Assembly: GCA_963677595.1 (NCBI GenBank)
Contig: OY782041.1
Coordinates: forward strand, 1,856,001-1,920,000
DNA: 64,000 bases
Reading direction: 5' to 3'
From: Spirochaetia bacterium
GTDB lineage: Bacteria; Spirochaetota; Spirochaetia; CAKZLE01
The notes below the pieces were generated by a model. That model searched no databases. It saw nothing but the letters and a program-made list of their open reading frames with translations, and had not been told where the DNA came from. Each line of letters starts with the position of its first letter. Positions within the stretch are counted from its first letter, which is position 1. Below are positions 46,565-55,059 of this stretch, one piece after another. The translations under genes and the position numbers were made by a program.

Positions 46565-47389
46565 CTATTTGTCGCTCTGCAGGGCGAAACCCCTCATGAA
46601 GCTTTCCTGCAGGATGAAGAAGACCAGCAGGGGCGGGATCATTGTCATGACGACACCTGCCATGATGACGCCCCAGTTGTTCGATGATTCTGCATTCATC
46701 AGCATCTTGATACCGATCTGTACGACCCGCATATTGTCAGTGTTCGTTGCCATGAGCGGCCACAGGTACTGGTTCCAGATGTAGATGAACTCGATGACCA
46801 CCAGGGCTCCGATCGTGCTCTTCGTGAGCGGGAGCAGGACCCGGAAGAAGTACTGCATAGGTTTGCAGCCATCCATCTTGGAAGCATCCACCAGTTCCGA
46901 TGGGATGGTCTTGAATCGCTGGATGAAGAGGAACGTGCCGGTGGCACTGGCCCAGAACGGGACGATGAGGCCGGCATAGGTATTGATCCAGCCGAAAGAC
47001 CGCACGACCTCGAAGAGGGCGACGATCCTCACCGGTACCGGCAGCAGCAGGGTGATGATGACCAGGAAGAAGAGCACCTGCTTTCCCCTGAACTCGAAAT
47101 GGGTGAAGGCGAACGCAGCCAGCAGGCTCATGATCACCTTGCCCGCGGTCACCATGATCGCGATGAAGGCGGAGTTGAACATCATCCGTCCGAGATCGAT
47201 CCGCTTCCATGCGGTCGTGTAGTTGTAAACCCAGTTATTGGAGAAGGTGAGTTTCGGCGGGAAGGCAAGTACCTCGGTCTCTGTCTGTGAGCTGATGATC
47301 AGGGCCAGCAGGACAGGGAGGCAGACGATGAGGACCGATATGATAAGCAGCAGGTGCAGGGCCACGGTTTTTTTTCTTGAATGTATCAT
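46565..47389 (-). CDS. ugpE: CUT1 ABC permease, UgpE-like
   Basis: EAA loop IPSELVDASKMDG; WNQYLWPL. Confidence 0.8.
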   Translation of the reverse strand: MIHSRKKTVALHLLLIISVLIVCLPVLLALIISSQTETEVLAFPPKLTFSNNWVYNYTTAWKRIDLGRMMFNSAFIAIMVTAGKVIMSLLAAFAFTHFEFRGKQVLFFLVIITLLLPVPVRIVALFEVVRSFGWINTYAGLIVPFWASATGTFLFIQRFKTIPSELVDASKMDGCKPMQYFFRVLLPLTKSTIGALVVIEFIYIWNQYLWPLMATNTDNMRVVQIGIKMLMNAESSNNWGVIMAGVVMTMIPPLLVFFILQESFMRGFALQSDK

Positions 47390-47403
47390 ACTCTCTGCAC
47401 TCC

Positions 47404-48273
47404 TTATTGGTAGTAGACTTTTCGTTCAGTCGTCTTGAACTGGACCACGGTGATCAGGACCACGATCATGAAGAGGATGAAACTCTCAGCCGCGGCATAA
47501 CCTATCCGTGAATTGACGAAGAAGTCCCGGTACAGCTGGTAGATCAGGACATTCGTCGCTTTCGCAGGTCCGCCCTCGGTGAGGACGTCGATAAGCCCGA
47601 AAGCACTGAAGTAGGCGTAGATCGTGTTCATGACGAACAGGAAGAAGGTCATGGGCGAGAGGAACGCGAACGTGATCGAAGCGAACCGCCTGACCGGGCC
47701 TGCCCCATCCAGTTCAGCTGCCTCGATGGCATCTCGAGGTATATTCCTGAGGGCTGTGAGGTAGAACACGATATTATACCCGAGATTCTTCCAGACCGCT
47801 GCCAGGATCACCACCACAAGGGCTGTGGACCCCTTTGTCATCCAGGTTCGGATCCCGGTGAAATAACCGATGATGCCGTTCGCGGGGTTGAAGAGGAAGT
47901 TGAACAATGCCCCTGCGATGGCAGGAGAGAGTGCATACGGCCAAATGAGCAAAGACCGGTAGATCCTGGCCCCCTTGACCTTCTGGTTGAGCAGGAGGGC
48001 AAGCATGAGCGATATGAACAGCCCGAACCCGATGACCGCAACGGCAAAGATTGCGGATGTCCAGAAACTGCTGATGTAATCGGGATTGGTGAATATCTTC
48101 CCCAGGTTATAGAGACCCGCGAACTTCTCAGCACCTGAGAACGGATGAACTTTGTATAATGTCAGCCGGAACGTCTCGAAAGCCGGGTAGAAGAGGAAGA
48201 TGCCCAAGACGATGAAAGTCGGCAATAATAAGAGGTACGGTAATGTTTTTGAGGAAAAACCTGCCTGTTTCAT
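47404..48273 (-). CDS. ugpA: CUT1 ABC permease, UgpA-like
   Basis: LLIWPYALSPA, WKNLGYN, EAAELDGA, TEGGP. Confidence 0.82.
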   Translation of the reverse strand: MKQAGFSSKTLPYLLLLPTFIVLGIFLFYPAFETFRLTLYKVHPFSGAEKFAGLYNLGKIFTNPDYISSFWTSAIFAVAVIGFGLFISLMLALLLNQKVKGARIYRSLLIWPYALSPAIAGALFNFLFNPANGIIGYFTGIRTWMTKGSTALVVVILAAVWKNLGYNIVFYLTALRNIPRDAIEAAELDGAGPVRRFASITFAFLSPMTFFLFVMNTIYAYFSAFGLIDVLTEGGPAKATNVLIYQLYRDFFVNSRIGYAAAESFILFMIVVLITVVQFKTTERKVYYQ

Positions 48274-48293
48274 ACGGTACTCCAAATAAAGAT

Positions 48294-48322
48294 GCAGCCC
48301 TGCGCAGGAAGCACAGGGCTGC
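48294..48322 (-). terminator. Intercistronic stem-loop after the binding-protein gene
   Basis: GCAGCCCTGCGC-AGGAA-GCACAGGGCTGC. Confidence 0.65.
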
Positions 48323-48337
48323 CGAGGTCAATGATGA

Positions 48338-49681
48338 TTATAGGTCGATGAGCTCATTCCATTCGGTAATAAGGTCATTTACCTGTGCTGCAGCATCGTC
48401 GAGTGCATCTGCCACAGGTTTCCCTGCATAGCACTCCTGGATGGAGGATTCAACGATAGCCCGTGTCTCCGGGAATACACCAAGCAGGCTCCCTGCGGTG
48501 TTCAGGGTCTCGGGGCTGTCCAGCAGCTGGTCAAATGCGGTCCGGTAGTTCGGGTTCTCGGTGAACCAGCCCTCTTTCTCGAGCAGGTCCATAGCAGTCT
48601 TCCGTACCGGGAAGTACCCGGTTCCCTTGTGCCATTCCATCTGGGACTCATCATTGGAGATGAACTGGACCAGCTTGAGCGCTGCCAGCTCTTCCTCTGC
48701 GGGATGTTCGTTGGTGATCCAGAGGGATCCGCCGCCGATAGCGACACCGCCGGTAGCTCCTTCAGGTCGTGGGAGGTATCCGGTACCCATCTCCCAACCC
48801 TTTTCTGAGAGGGATTTCGTGAGCAGGTTCACATCCGATGATGAGGACATGATCATTGCCACTTCTCCGGCACCAAATGCTGCCCGGTGGTTCGACCAGC
48901 CTGGGCCCACATCCATGAACAGGCCGTCATTGTACATGCCGATCCACCAGTCAAGAGCCCTGTTCCCGGCTTCGCCGTTGAACACGACTGCAGTGGGGAG
49001 GTCCTCCCCCCGGCCGTTGTCGTTGTTGACGAACGGGGCATCCTGCAGGCAGCTCATCTGCTCGAAATACCAGCAGTGGAGGTTCCAGGTGATCGGGGTC
49101 TCACAGATACCGGCTTCTCTCAGCTTGATTGCAGCCTCACGGATGGCAGCATAGGTCCTTGGGGGATTCTCAGGATCGAGGCCTGCCTGCTTGAAGAAGG
49201 TCTTGTTGTAGTAGACCAGGGGGGTTGATGAGTTGAACGGCATGGAATAATGCAGTCCCTGGTACTTGTAGTAGCTCTGGACCGGCACGAAGAACTCATC
49301 CCAGTCAATTGGACGGTCATACCGTTCGGCCAGTTGGTCGATGGGGGAGATCATCCCGCTGTTGATCATGCCCAAGGTCCCGATCTCATAGAGATGGAAC
49401 ACATGGGGGGCATTCCCGGCACGGTAGGCTGATACCGTCTTGTTCAACGTATCGTTGTAGGACCCGGTATACTGGACATTGACCGTGATGTTCGGGTTCT
49501 CGGCCATGAACCGGTCTACGATTCCCTGGATCAGGTCGATCCTGTCTCCTGACATGGCATGCCAGAACTCGATGGTGACAGATGCATCTTCATCCACCAG
49601 CGAGGCTTCCTGGGCTCCTCCGGCGAACAGAAGAATCGGGCTGAGTAACAGCACGATGAAGAGGACTAGAAATCTTTTCAT
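48338..49681 (-). CDS. ugpB: UgpB-like glycerol-3-phosphate/glycerophosphodiester-binding protein
   Basis: FAGGAQE signal; FWHAMSG, YEIGT, MPFNSSTP, IGGGSLW, WH-x2-TGYFP. Confidence 0.85.
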   Translation of the reverse strand: MKRFLVLFIVLLLSPILLFAGGAQEASLVDEDASVTIEFWHAMSGDRIDLIQGIVDRFMAENPNITVNVQYTGSYNDTLNKTVSAYRAGNAPHVFHLYEIGTLGMINSGMISPIDQLAERYDRPIDWDEFFVPVQSYYKYQGLHYSMPFNSSTPLVYYNKTFFKQAGLDPENPPRTYAAIREAAIKLREAGICETPITWNLHCWYFEQMSCLQDAPFVNNDNGRGEDLPTAVVFNGEAGNRALDWWIGMYNDGLFMDVGPGWSNHRAAFGAGEVAMIMSSSSDVNLLTKSLSEKGWEMGTGYLPRPEGATGGVAIGGGSLWITNEHPAEEELAALKLVQFISNDESQMEWHKGTGYFPVRKTAMDLLEKEGWFTENPNYRTAFDQLLDSPETLNTAGSLLGVFPETRAIVESSIQECYAGKPVADALDDAAAQVNDLITEWNELIDL

Positions 49682-49722
49682 ATACACACTCCTTTTTTCG
49701 TCCGTAGACGTTGGTTCCAACT

Positions 49723-50415
49723 CTATCTATATATAGCTAACACGCGTTCCGGGAAGTTCGAGATGATGCCGTCCACCCCGATCAGTCCCATCCGCGTGAT
49801 GTCTTCCGGTTCGTTGACAGTATAGACGAAGACCTGTTTACCTAATGCGTGGAGGTCCGATACCAGCTGTGCATTGATGAATTCCAGGCTTGAGACCAGG
49901 ACCGAGCAGCCCAGCGAGTCAACATAGGCGGCTTCATCGACCAGGACAGCCTTGATCAGGGCCCCGGTCGGGACCTGTGGTGCGGCAGATTGGAAGTGTC
50001 TCAATTCGCGGTGGTTGAAGGAAGTAACCAGGATATCTTCAGGTTTCCATGCATTGGCCAGGAATTGGCGGCCCAGCAGTCGTGCGGTATAAGCTCCTGA
50101 CCCCTCGCTTTTCAGCTCCAGGTTGAGTCGTATCTTCCCGGCGCACAGGTCGAGCAGCTCGGTGAGGGTCATGATCCGCTGCCCATTGCCGAAGTCGAAG
50201 CTCTGGAGTTCCGTGAGGCTCAGCTCAGCGATGGCCCCCCTGCCGTTTGAGGTGGAGTCGATCCGGGCATCATGGCAGAGCACCGCTTCCCCCGATGTAC
50301 AGAGATGCACGTCAGTCTCGATATAGTCGCATCCTGATTCAATAGCTTTCGTGAATGAAATACGGGTGTTTTGCGGCGCCGATCCTGCAGTACCTCTGTG
50401 TCCTATACAAATCAT
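49723..50415 (-). CDS. Glycerophosphodiester phosphodiesterase (cytoplasmic)
   Basis: GHRG, ETDVH, CHD, NLELK, YTVN, GVDGIISNFP. Confidence 0.92.
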   Translation of the reverse strand: MICIGHRGTAGSAPQNTRISFTKAIESGCDYIETDVHLCTSGEAVLCHDARIDSTSNGRGAIAELSLTELQSFDFGNGQRIMTLTELLDLCAGKIRLNLELKSEGSGAYTARLLGRQFLANAWKPEDILVTSFNHRELRHFQSAAPQVPTGALIKAVLVDEAAYVDSLGCSVLVSSLEFINAQLVSDLHALGKQVFVYTVNEPEDITRMGLIGVDGIISNFPERVLAIYR

Positions 50416-50524
50416 GGCTTACTCTAAGACTCACGTCCACCAACCAGTATATACCCTGACAAACCAGTAATGCAACAAATTAAAACAAAAAATACTCTCT
50501 ATATATGACAGAAAAACTAAGGTA

Positions 50525-51502
50525 TTAGCGATTGATGATGGAGAGGAGGATATCGGGGCGATCGGTGATGATCCCGTCGACACCCCAGGAGATGAGTTCT
50601 CCCATCGTCTCCGGGGAGTTCACCGTCCAGGGGATGATGAGCAGCCCCAGTTCATGGGCCCTCTTCACATCCTCCTCGGAAATATCACGGCTGCGGGGAG
50701 AGATGATGTCGGCGCCGAAGGCTGCGGCAAGGTCGCAGGCAGATGGATACTCATCGGCATCAAACCCCGCAAGCCAGGGGGAGGGGCCGGGTTTCCCATA
50801 CTGGAGATTGAAGGAGTACCCCTCGAAGGTGAGGTCTGCCGCGGTGAGGCAGGCCGTCAGTATCGACGGGTATTGCTCGTTCACCAGGGTCAGGGATCGC
50901 CAGTCGAAGGACTGGATAGTGCAGAGGTCGGCTTTCCCATGATCCATGATACCCTGCAGGACTGCTTCCACGATCTCGGGAACCGTCTTCGTGTACTCCG
51001 GGAAATCGGGGTAGGTCTTGATCTCGATATTATACCTGATCCCGCCATAGCCATGCTCATCCATTGTCTCGAAGAGTTCCTGCAGCGACGGTATATGCTC
51101 ATCAGGCACCGACTCCTGATTCCTATGAGACCTCGCGTAGGAGGTGAAGGGCTTGATCTTCCCAACCCGGTAGGTTTGCAGTTCCTCAAACGTGAGGTCC
51201 TTGATCAGGATCTTCGGGTATTCGGAAACATAGCGTCCCTTGTCTGTCCTGACCAGCGTGTTCGAGAGATATGGGTCATGGCTGACCACCACCACATCAT
51301 CCGCGGTGAGAGCAACATCCAGTTCCAGGGTGGTGACACCCAGTGAAGCTGCATGGAGGAACGCCGTCATGGTGTTCTCAGGGTAGAGGTCCCGCCCCCC
51401 GCGATGGGCTTGGACGTCGAATGCGGGGAGGTTCCCCATACTGAGCAAGGCCAGTAGGAGGGCTAAGAACATGATTCTTGGTTGCACAGTAATCCGTACC
51501 AT
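50525..51502 (-). CDS. Glycerophosphodiester phosphodiesterase (secreted)
   Basis: Signal peptide; AHRGG, PENT, LELD, SHD, NIEIK, QSFD, WTVN, GVDGIITD. Confidence 0.92.
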   Translation of the reverse strand: MVRITVQPRIMFLALLLALLSMGNLPAFDVQAHRGGRDLYPENTMTAFLHAASLGVTTLELDVALTADDVVVVSHDPYLSNTLVRTDKGRYVSEYPKILIKDLTFEELQTYRVGKIKPFTSYARSHRNQESVPDEHIPSLQELFETMDEHGYGGIRYNIEIKTYPDFPEYTKTVPEIVEAVLQGIMDHGKADLCTIQSFDWRSLTLVNEQYPSILTACLTAADLTFEGYSFNLQYGKPGPSPWLAGFDADEYPSACDLAAAFGADIISPRSRDISEEDVKRAHELGLLIIPWTVNSPETMGELISWGVDGIITDRPDILLSIINR

Positions 51503-51597
51503 AATATCCTCTTACAGCCATGATACCGCAGGACCCGGCAGAAAGCCAGTACTGGTATTCCGGGAGAACACTTTTGTGAACCGGAGAACTTGAGATG

Positions 51598-51703
51598 AAA
51601 AAGTGTCTGGAAATCTAGACAAAAACAGAAAAATTGTAAAAGTGTCTGGAAAATTAGACAAAATACGAAAAATTGTGAGAGTGTCTGGAATGTTAGACAA
51701 AAA
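51598..51703. repeat. Tandem array, 3 x 39 bp, each unit with a palindromic core
   Basis: AGTGTCTGGAA-N3-TAGACAAAA at 51602, 51641 and 51680 (TGTCT-N8-AGACA). Confidence 0.92.
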
Positions 51704-51751
51704 CCACAGAGAATCAATCCAAGTTCCCTATACATAACTTGAAATAGCTTT

Positions 51752-53500
51752 CTACGGATTTCTCACCACCCAGCAGTACTTCAGCTCCGTCTTGGGGAAA
51801 GAATCCGGGGACCTCCCGTTATCAAGGTAGAAGACCCAGGCTTCCGTGCTGTCTGCCGCACTGGAGGTAGAGGTCCACCAGAACTTCTCTTCAGGGACTT
51901 CGGTGGAGAAGCTGGTCGCGATGTACGCATCATTGGAGCTGACCCCGTAGGAGGGGAGCGAGAGCATCTCGTTTCTGTTGGGCAGTCTCCAGTCGGAGTA
52001 TCCTGCATACTCGAGCGAAGCTGCATAGGTGAGGGCATCATCCCAGTTCACAGGTGCCGGGTACGGGTCCTGCTTCCACTGCAGCCCGGTGAGGGCATCG
52101 TAGACCGTGCCGCCGGTGATGAGGAACCGCGGGGAAGGCCATGGAACCCCGAACCGGAGGTAGCCGTCATCCCCCTGGTTGACATAGGTGTACCGTCCTG
52201 TCCTCGGCAGCGAACTAGTGCCGGCTGATGCTTCACGTACCAGGATGATCATGGCGAACGAACCATAGTTCGATACGTTCTGCCTGAAGAACTTCCCGCT
52301 CCCGAGGTTCACGACATAGGCCCAGCCGCTCGTCGAGTATGAGCCGTAGCTCATGGTGGAGCTCCAGTACTCGTCATTCCTCACACCGGAGAACCCGTCA
52401 TGGCTGTTGAGCCATGAGGCCGTGCTCGACTGCCCTGCATGGACGAGGCTGTACAGCTCCCTGACATTCGGCAAGTGCCAATCATCGTAGCCGCAGTAAC
52501 TCTCATCATTCCTGGCTGTCAGGTAGTTCGTTGTTGCATACCTCCACTCGTAACCGCTTGCATAATAGGGCGGGGCTCCCTGCCACATCAGGCCTGTGAG
52601 GTTGTCGGTGACCGTCCCGTCCTCGTGGTCGGTGAACCTCGGTTCCGGCCATGCGGTCCCCGTCTCCAGGTCCCCGTCATCACCGGCAAGCTGGCTGTCA
52701 GTCTCCCCCGTCTTCGGGATCGATACTGCCGGTGCTGCGATGGTGACGGTCATGTTGGTATTGCTCGCCGTCGCAGATGAGTCATGGTAGGGGATGGTCA
52801 GGATCACCCCGTAGCTGCCGGGAACCGAAGAGCCGACGGTGAAGGAGAACGAGGTCGTCTCGGCAGGCTTGAGCTGTGTCTCATCGGGAAATCCCGTGAT
52901 CGTAAAGGCTGATCCCCCAGGCCCGGTGAACCGTACCAGAGGGGTCCCATCGAGGGTCATCAGGGCACTGCCGTGATTCTTGATCGTGTACTCGTAGTGC
53001 ATCTCAAGGTCTAAATATCCTGTTCCGAGGTCCTTGGAGGCATAGATCTGGTCAATGCAGTCGGCATCCTCGAAGAGTGCGAGGAGCGCGTTCCCGTTCT
53101 GGGAGAGGTAGAAGTCATCGGGGTAGTCGAAGGCTGCTTCCACCTCCCCGTCGACCTCGCTCTCGTAGATCCCGACCGTCTCGTAGTCGACCCCGCCTAT
53201 GGGGTCGCCGCCCGAGTCGTCGGTATCGATGAAGCCGTCGATGGAGATGTCAGTCCCCCCGGTGAAGGTCCTCCCCCCATCGACACTGATGGTCGTGACC
53301 CCTGCGGTGAGGGGTGCCGACCCGGTGACCGGCGGATCCTCCCCCTCGACGGTCACTGTATACCGGAAGGGGCTCCCGATGAGGGATTCCCCTCCCCGTA
53401 TCACGATGGTGATACTGCCATCCTGCGGCGAGAAGAGCGGGCAGCCTGAAAGGAGCATCAGAACTGCACTCAGCACCAGGGCCTTCAGCAGGTTTTTCAT
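51752..53500 (-). CDS. Lipoprotein with Ig-like region and two DUF1566 (Lcl C-type-lectin-like) domains
   Basis: Lipobox LLSG-C; DGTVTDNLTGLMW...GYDDWHLPN-x2-EL...YWSST; second copy D-x-LTGLQW...GYSDWRLPN...WWTST. Confidence 0.88.
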   Translation of the reverse strand: MKNLLKALVLSAVLMLLSGCPLFSPQDGSITIVIRGGESLIGSPFRYTVTVEGEDPPVTGSAPLTAGVTTISVDGGRTFTGGTDISIDGFIDTDDSGGDPIGGVDYETVGIYESEVDGEVEAAFDYPDDFYLSQNGNALLALFEDADCIDQIYASKDLGTGYLDLEMHYEYTIKNHGSALMTLDGTPLVRFTGPGGSAFTITGFPDETQLKPAETTSFSFTVGSSVPGSYGVILTIPYHDSSATASNTNMTVTIAAPAVSIPKTGETDSQLAGDDGDLETGTAWPEPRFTDHEDGTVTDNLTGLMWQGAPPYYASGYEWRYATTNYLTARNDESYCGYDDWHLPNVRELYSLVHAGQSSTASWLNSHDGFSGVRNDEYWSSTMSYGSYSTSGWAYVVNLGSGKFFRQNVSNYGSFAMIILVREASAGTSSLPRTGRYTYVNQGDDGYLRFGVPWPSPRFLITGGTVYDALTGLQWKQDPYPAPVNWDDALTYAASLEYAGYSDWRLPNRNEMLSLPSYGVSSNDAYIATSFSTEVPEEKFWWTSTSSAADSTEAWVFYLDNGRSPDSFPKTELKYCWVVRNP

Positions 53501-53501
53501 G

Positions 53502-54374
53502 TCAGTTCACCGTGATGGTGAAGTCCGCCTTGTAGGGTGAGGCAGCATCGGTATCATCGGTGTCGTTGTCATCGAAGGGGATGCTGATCTGTGCCTGGTA
53601 GGCTCCAGGCGTTTCCGTATTGACGGTCAGGACGAAGGTGACATAGGTACCGGGGATGATCCCGGTCCCGGGGTCGGGCTGCGTGGTGATAGAGAAGACC
53701 TCCGTATCTCCGGTGACGGTCACGTAGTTCGGGGAACTCCCGGTCAGCTCAAGCAGGGCCGTGCCGTCATTCTGGATGCGGCAGGTGAAGTCCTTGGCAA
53801 CACCTGCAGTCGCGGAGCCAAGGTCGTTCTCCTGCTGGTGGAACCTAAAGTACATGTTGCCGGTATTACCATAGAGGGTGATGGAGGCATTGCCTGATTC
53901 CGAAAGATGGAAGTCAGTGGGATAGGCCCCGGTGAGGACCATGTCGCCGTTGATGTTCCCGCAGACCAGTTTGTCTATCAGATCATTGGCCTCATAGTCG
54001 ATGCCGCCATAGTTTTCCCCGTCATCATCGACATCGATGTAGCCAAAGAAGCTGATCACGTTGTTCGCTTGGAAAAGATAGTCCGTTCCCAGTGCATCTG
54101 GGTCCTCGATGGTAACATGGACCTCGCCGTCGGTGATCACCTCGGAATCGGTGAAGGTCTTGTAATCATCGAGTGCCTTCTCTCCCGGGAATGTGTCTAT
54201 CTCGTAGTGAAAGTCACATCCCTCGTAATCATCCGCACCCGTGATATTGATCGTGACCGTCCCGGGATCGATGATCTCGGTCGGGTTGCAGCTGGTGAAC
54301 AGCAATGCTGCCGCTGCCAGGATGCAGACGGCAGTGACTAGCAGGTTCTTTCTCAGAGTTCTTCTTGGTCCCAT
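53502..54374 (-). CDS. Lipoprotein with Ig-like domain, paralog of the N-terminal half of the 51752 gene
   Basis: Lipobox LFTS-C; I-x-N-x-G-x-A-x-L-x-L Ig motif; GGAGG RBS. Confidence 0.78.
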   Translation of the reverse strand: MGPRRTLRKNLLVTAVCILAAAALLFTSCNPTEIIDPGTVTINITGADDYEGCDFHYEIDTFPGEKALDDYKTFTDSEVITDGEVHVTIEDPDALGTDYLFQANNVISFFGYIDVDDDGENYGGIDYEANDLIDKLVCGNINGDMVLTGAYPTDFHLSESGNASITLYGNTGNMYFRFHQQENDLGSATAGVAKDFTCRIQNDGTALLELTGSSPNYVTVTGDTEVFSITTQPDPGTGIIPGTYVTFVLTVNTETPGAYQAQISIPFDDNDTDDTDAASPYKADFTITVN

Positions 54375-54632
54375 ACGTTCTTCCCTCCCTGAGAGGCTCT
54401 CAGGCAGGTACTGAAGTGAACTGGTTCAAGTGGTATGCCGAAGCGGCTAGCACACCTCTCTTATGATTATAGTCCCACCGGGACTTGAATACAATGTTTG
54501 CAGATTCAGTTTTTTACTTTTCGCCCCAATAATTCAATAATTATCTATTGGGTTTCGAGGAGTCAGTCTCAGTCATGATGAGGGATCCTAAGGTGGTAAA
54601 AGCTGATGGGTATCCAGGTTTTGTATGGTCCA

Positions 54633-54724
54633 TGATTTCCTTGTGACAGGGAAAGAATTCTTGTGATATTTCCCTGTGAGAGGGAAACAATTGAATTGAT
54701 ATTTCCTTGTGACAAGGAAAGAAT
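54633..54724. repeat. Tandem array, 3 x 33 bp, of a 19-bp palindrome
   Basis: TTTCCTTGTGACAGGGAAA (54636), TTTCCCTGTGAGAGGGAAA (54669), TTTCCTTGTGACAAGGAAA (54702). Confidence 0.92.
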
Positions 54725-55056
54725 CGAAAGATACCCTCTACCGGTACTTAGGATACCTGACGGAGACCGGGTTCTTCTCCCTGGAGAATGCCGTGTACAC
54801 CTGCCTGAGGCAAGGGTCTGCCGCCCCGGTGTATTTCAACAACGGTTCAGCCGAAGTGGATTTCATCACTGAGACAGCACTGGTCCAGGTGTGTGATACG
54901 GTTGACCCCGATACGATAGGGCGGGAACTACAAGGGTTCACTGCCTTCGGACAGCAGTATGGTGACCGGTTGGCAAGAGTCCTGGTGTATATAGACTCCG
55001 ACGGGGAGGATCATGAAGGGATGGTTCCCGTATATGATTTCCTTGCCGGAACCTGA
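54724..55056 (+). pseudogene. Decayed C-terminal fragment of a COG1373/DUF4143 ATPase
   Basis: SKDTLYRYLGYL (wHTH) joined directly to LENAVY...YF...EVDF...QVC...REL; no ATPase domain, and the K-x-Y-x2-D segment is missing. Confidence 0.7.
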
Positions 55057-55059
55057 GAC

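Noticed and set aside
51547-51565. AGTACTGGTAT match to repeat A
   Set aside because: Only ~11-13 bp with unrelated flanks; chance is plausible.
51598-51703. Possible mini-CRISPR array
   Set aside because: Linkers are only ~16 bp and resemble each other; three units; no cas genes in the window.
51752-52400. Diversity-generating retroelement around the DUF1566 gene
   Set aside because: No reverse transcriptase and no template repeat visible in this window; action in trans cannot be excluded.
54420-54445. GGTTCAAGT resembling a tRNA T-loop
   Set aside because: No cloverleaf or acceptor stem can be built; no tRNA or rRNA recognised in the window.
54633-54724. Possible CRISPR array, or a real 69-aa repeat protein (ORF 54663-54872)
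   Set aside because: Linkers are 14 bp and similar; the peptide repeat merely reflects the 33-bp DNA period.
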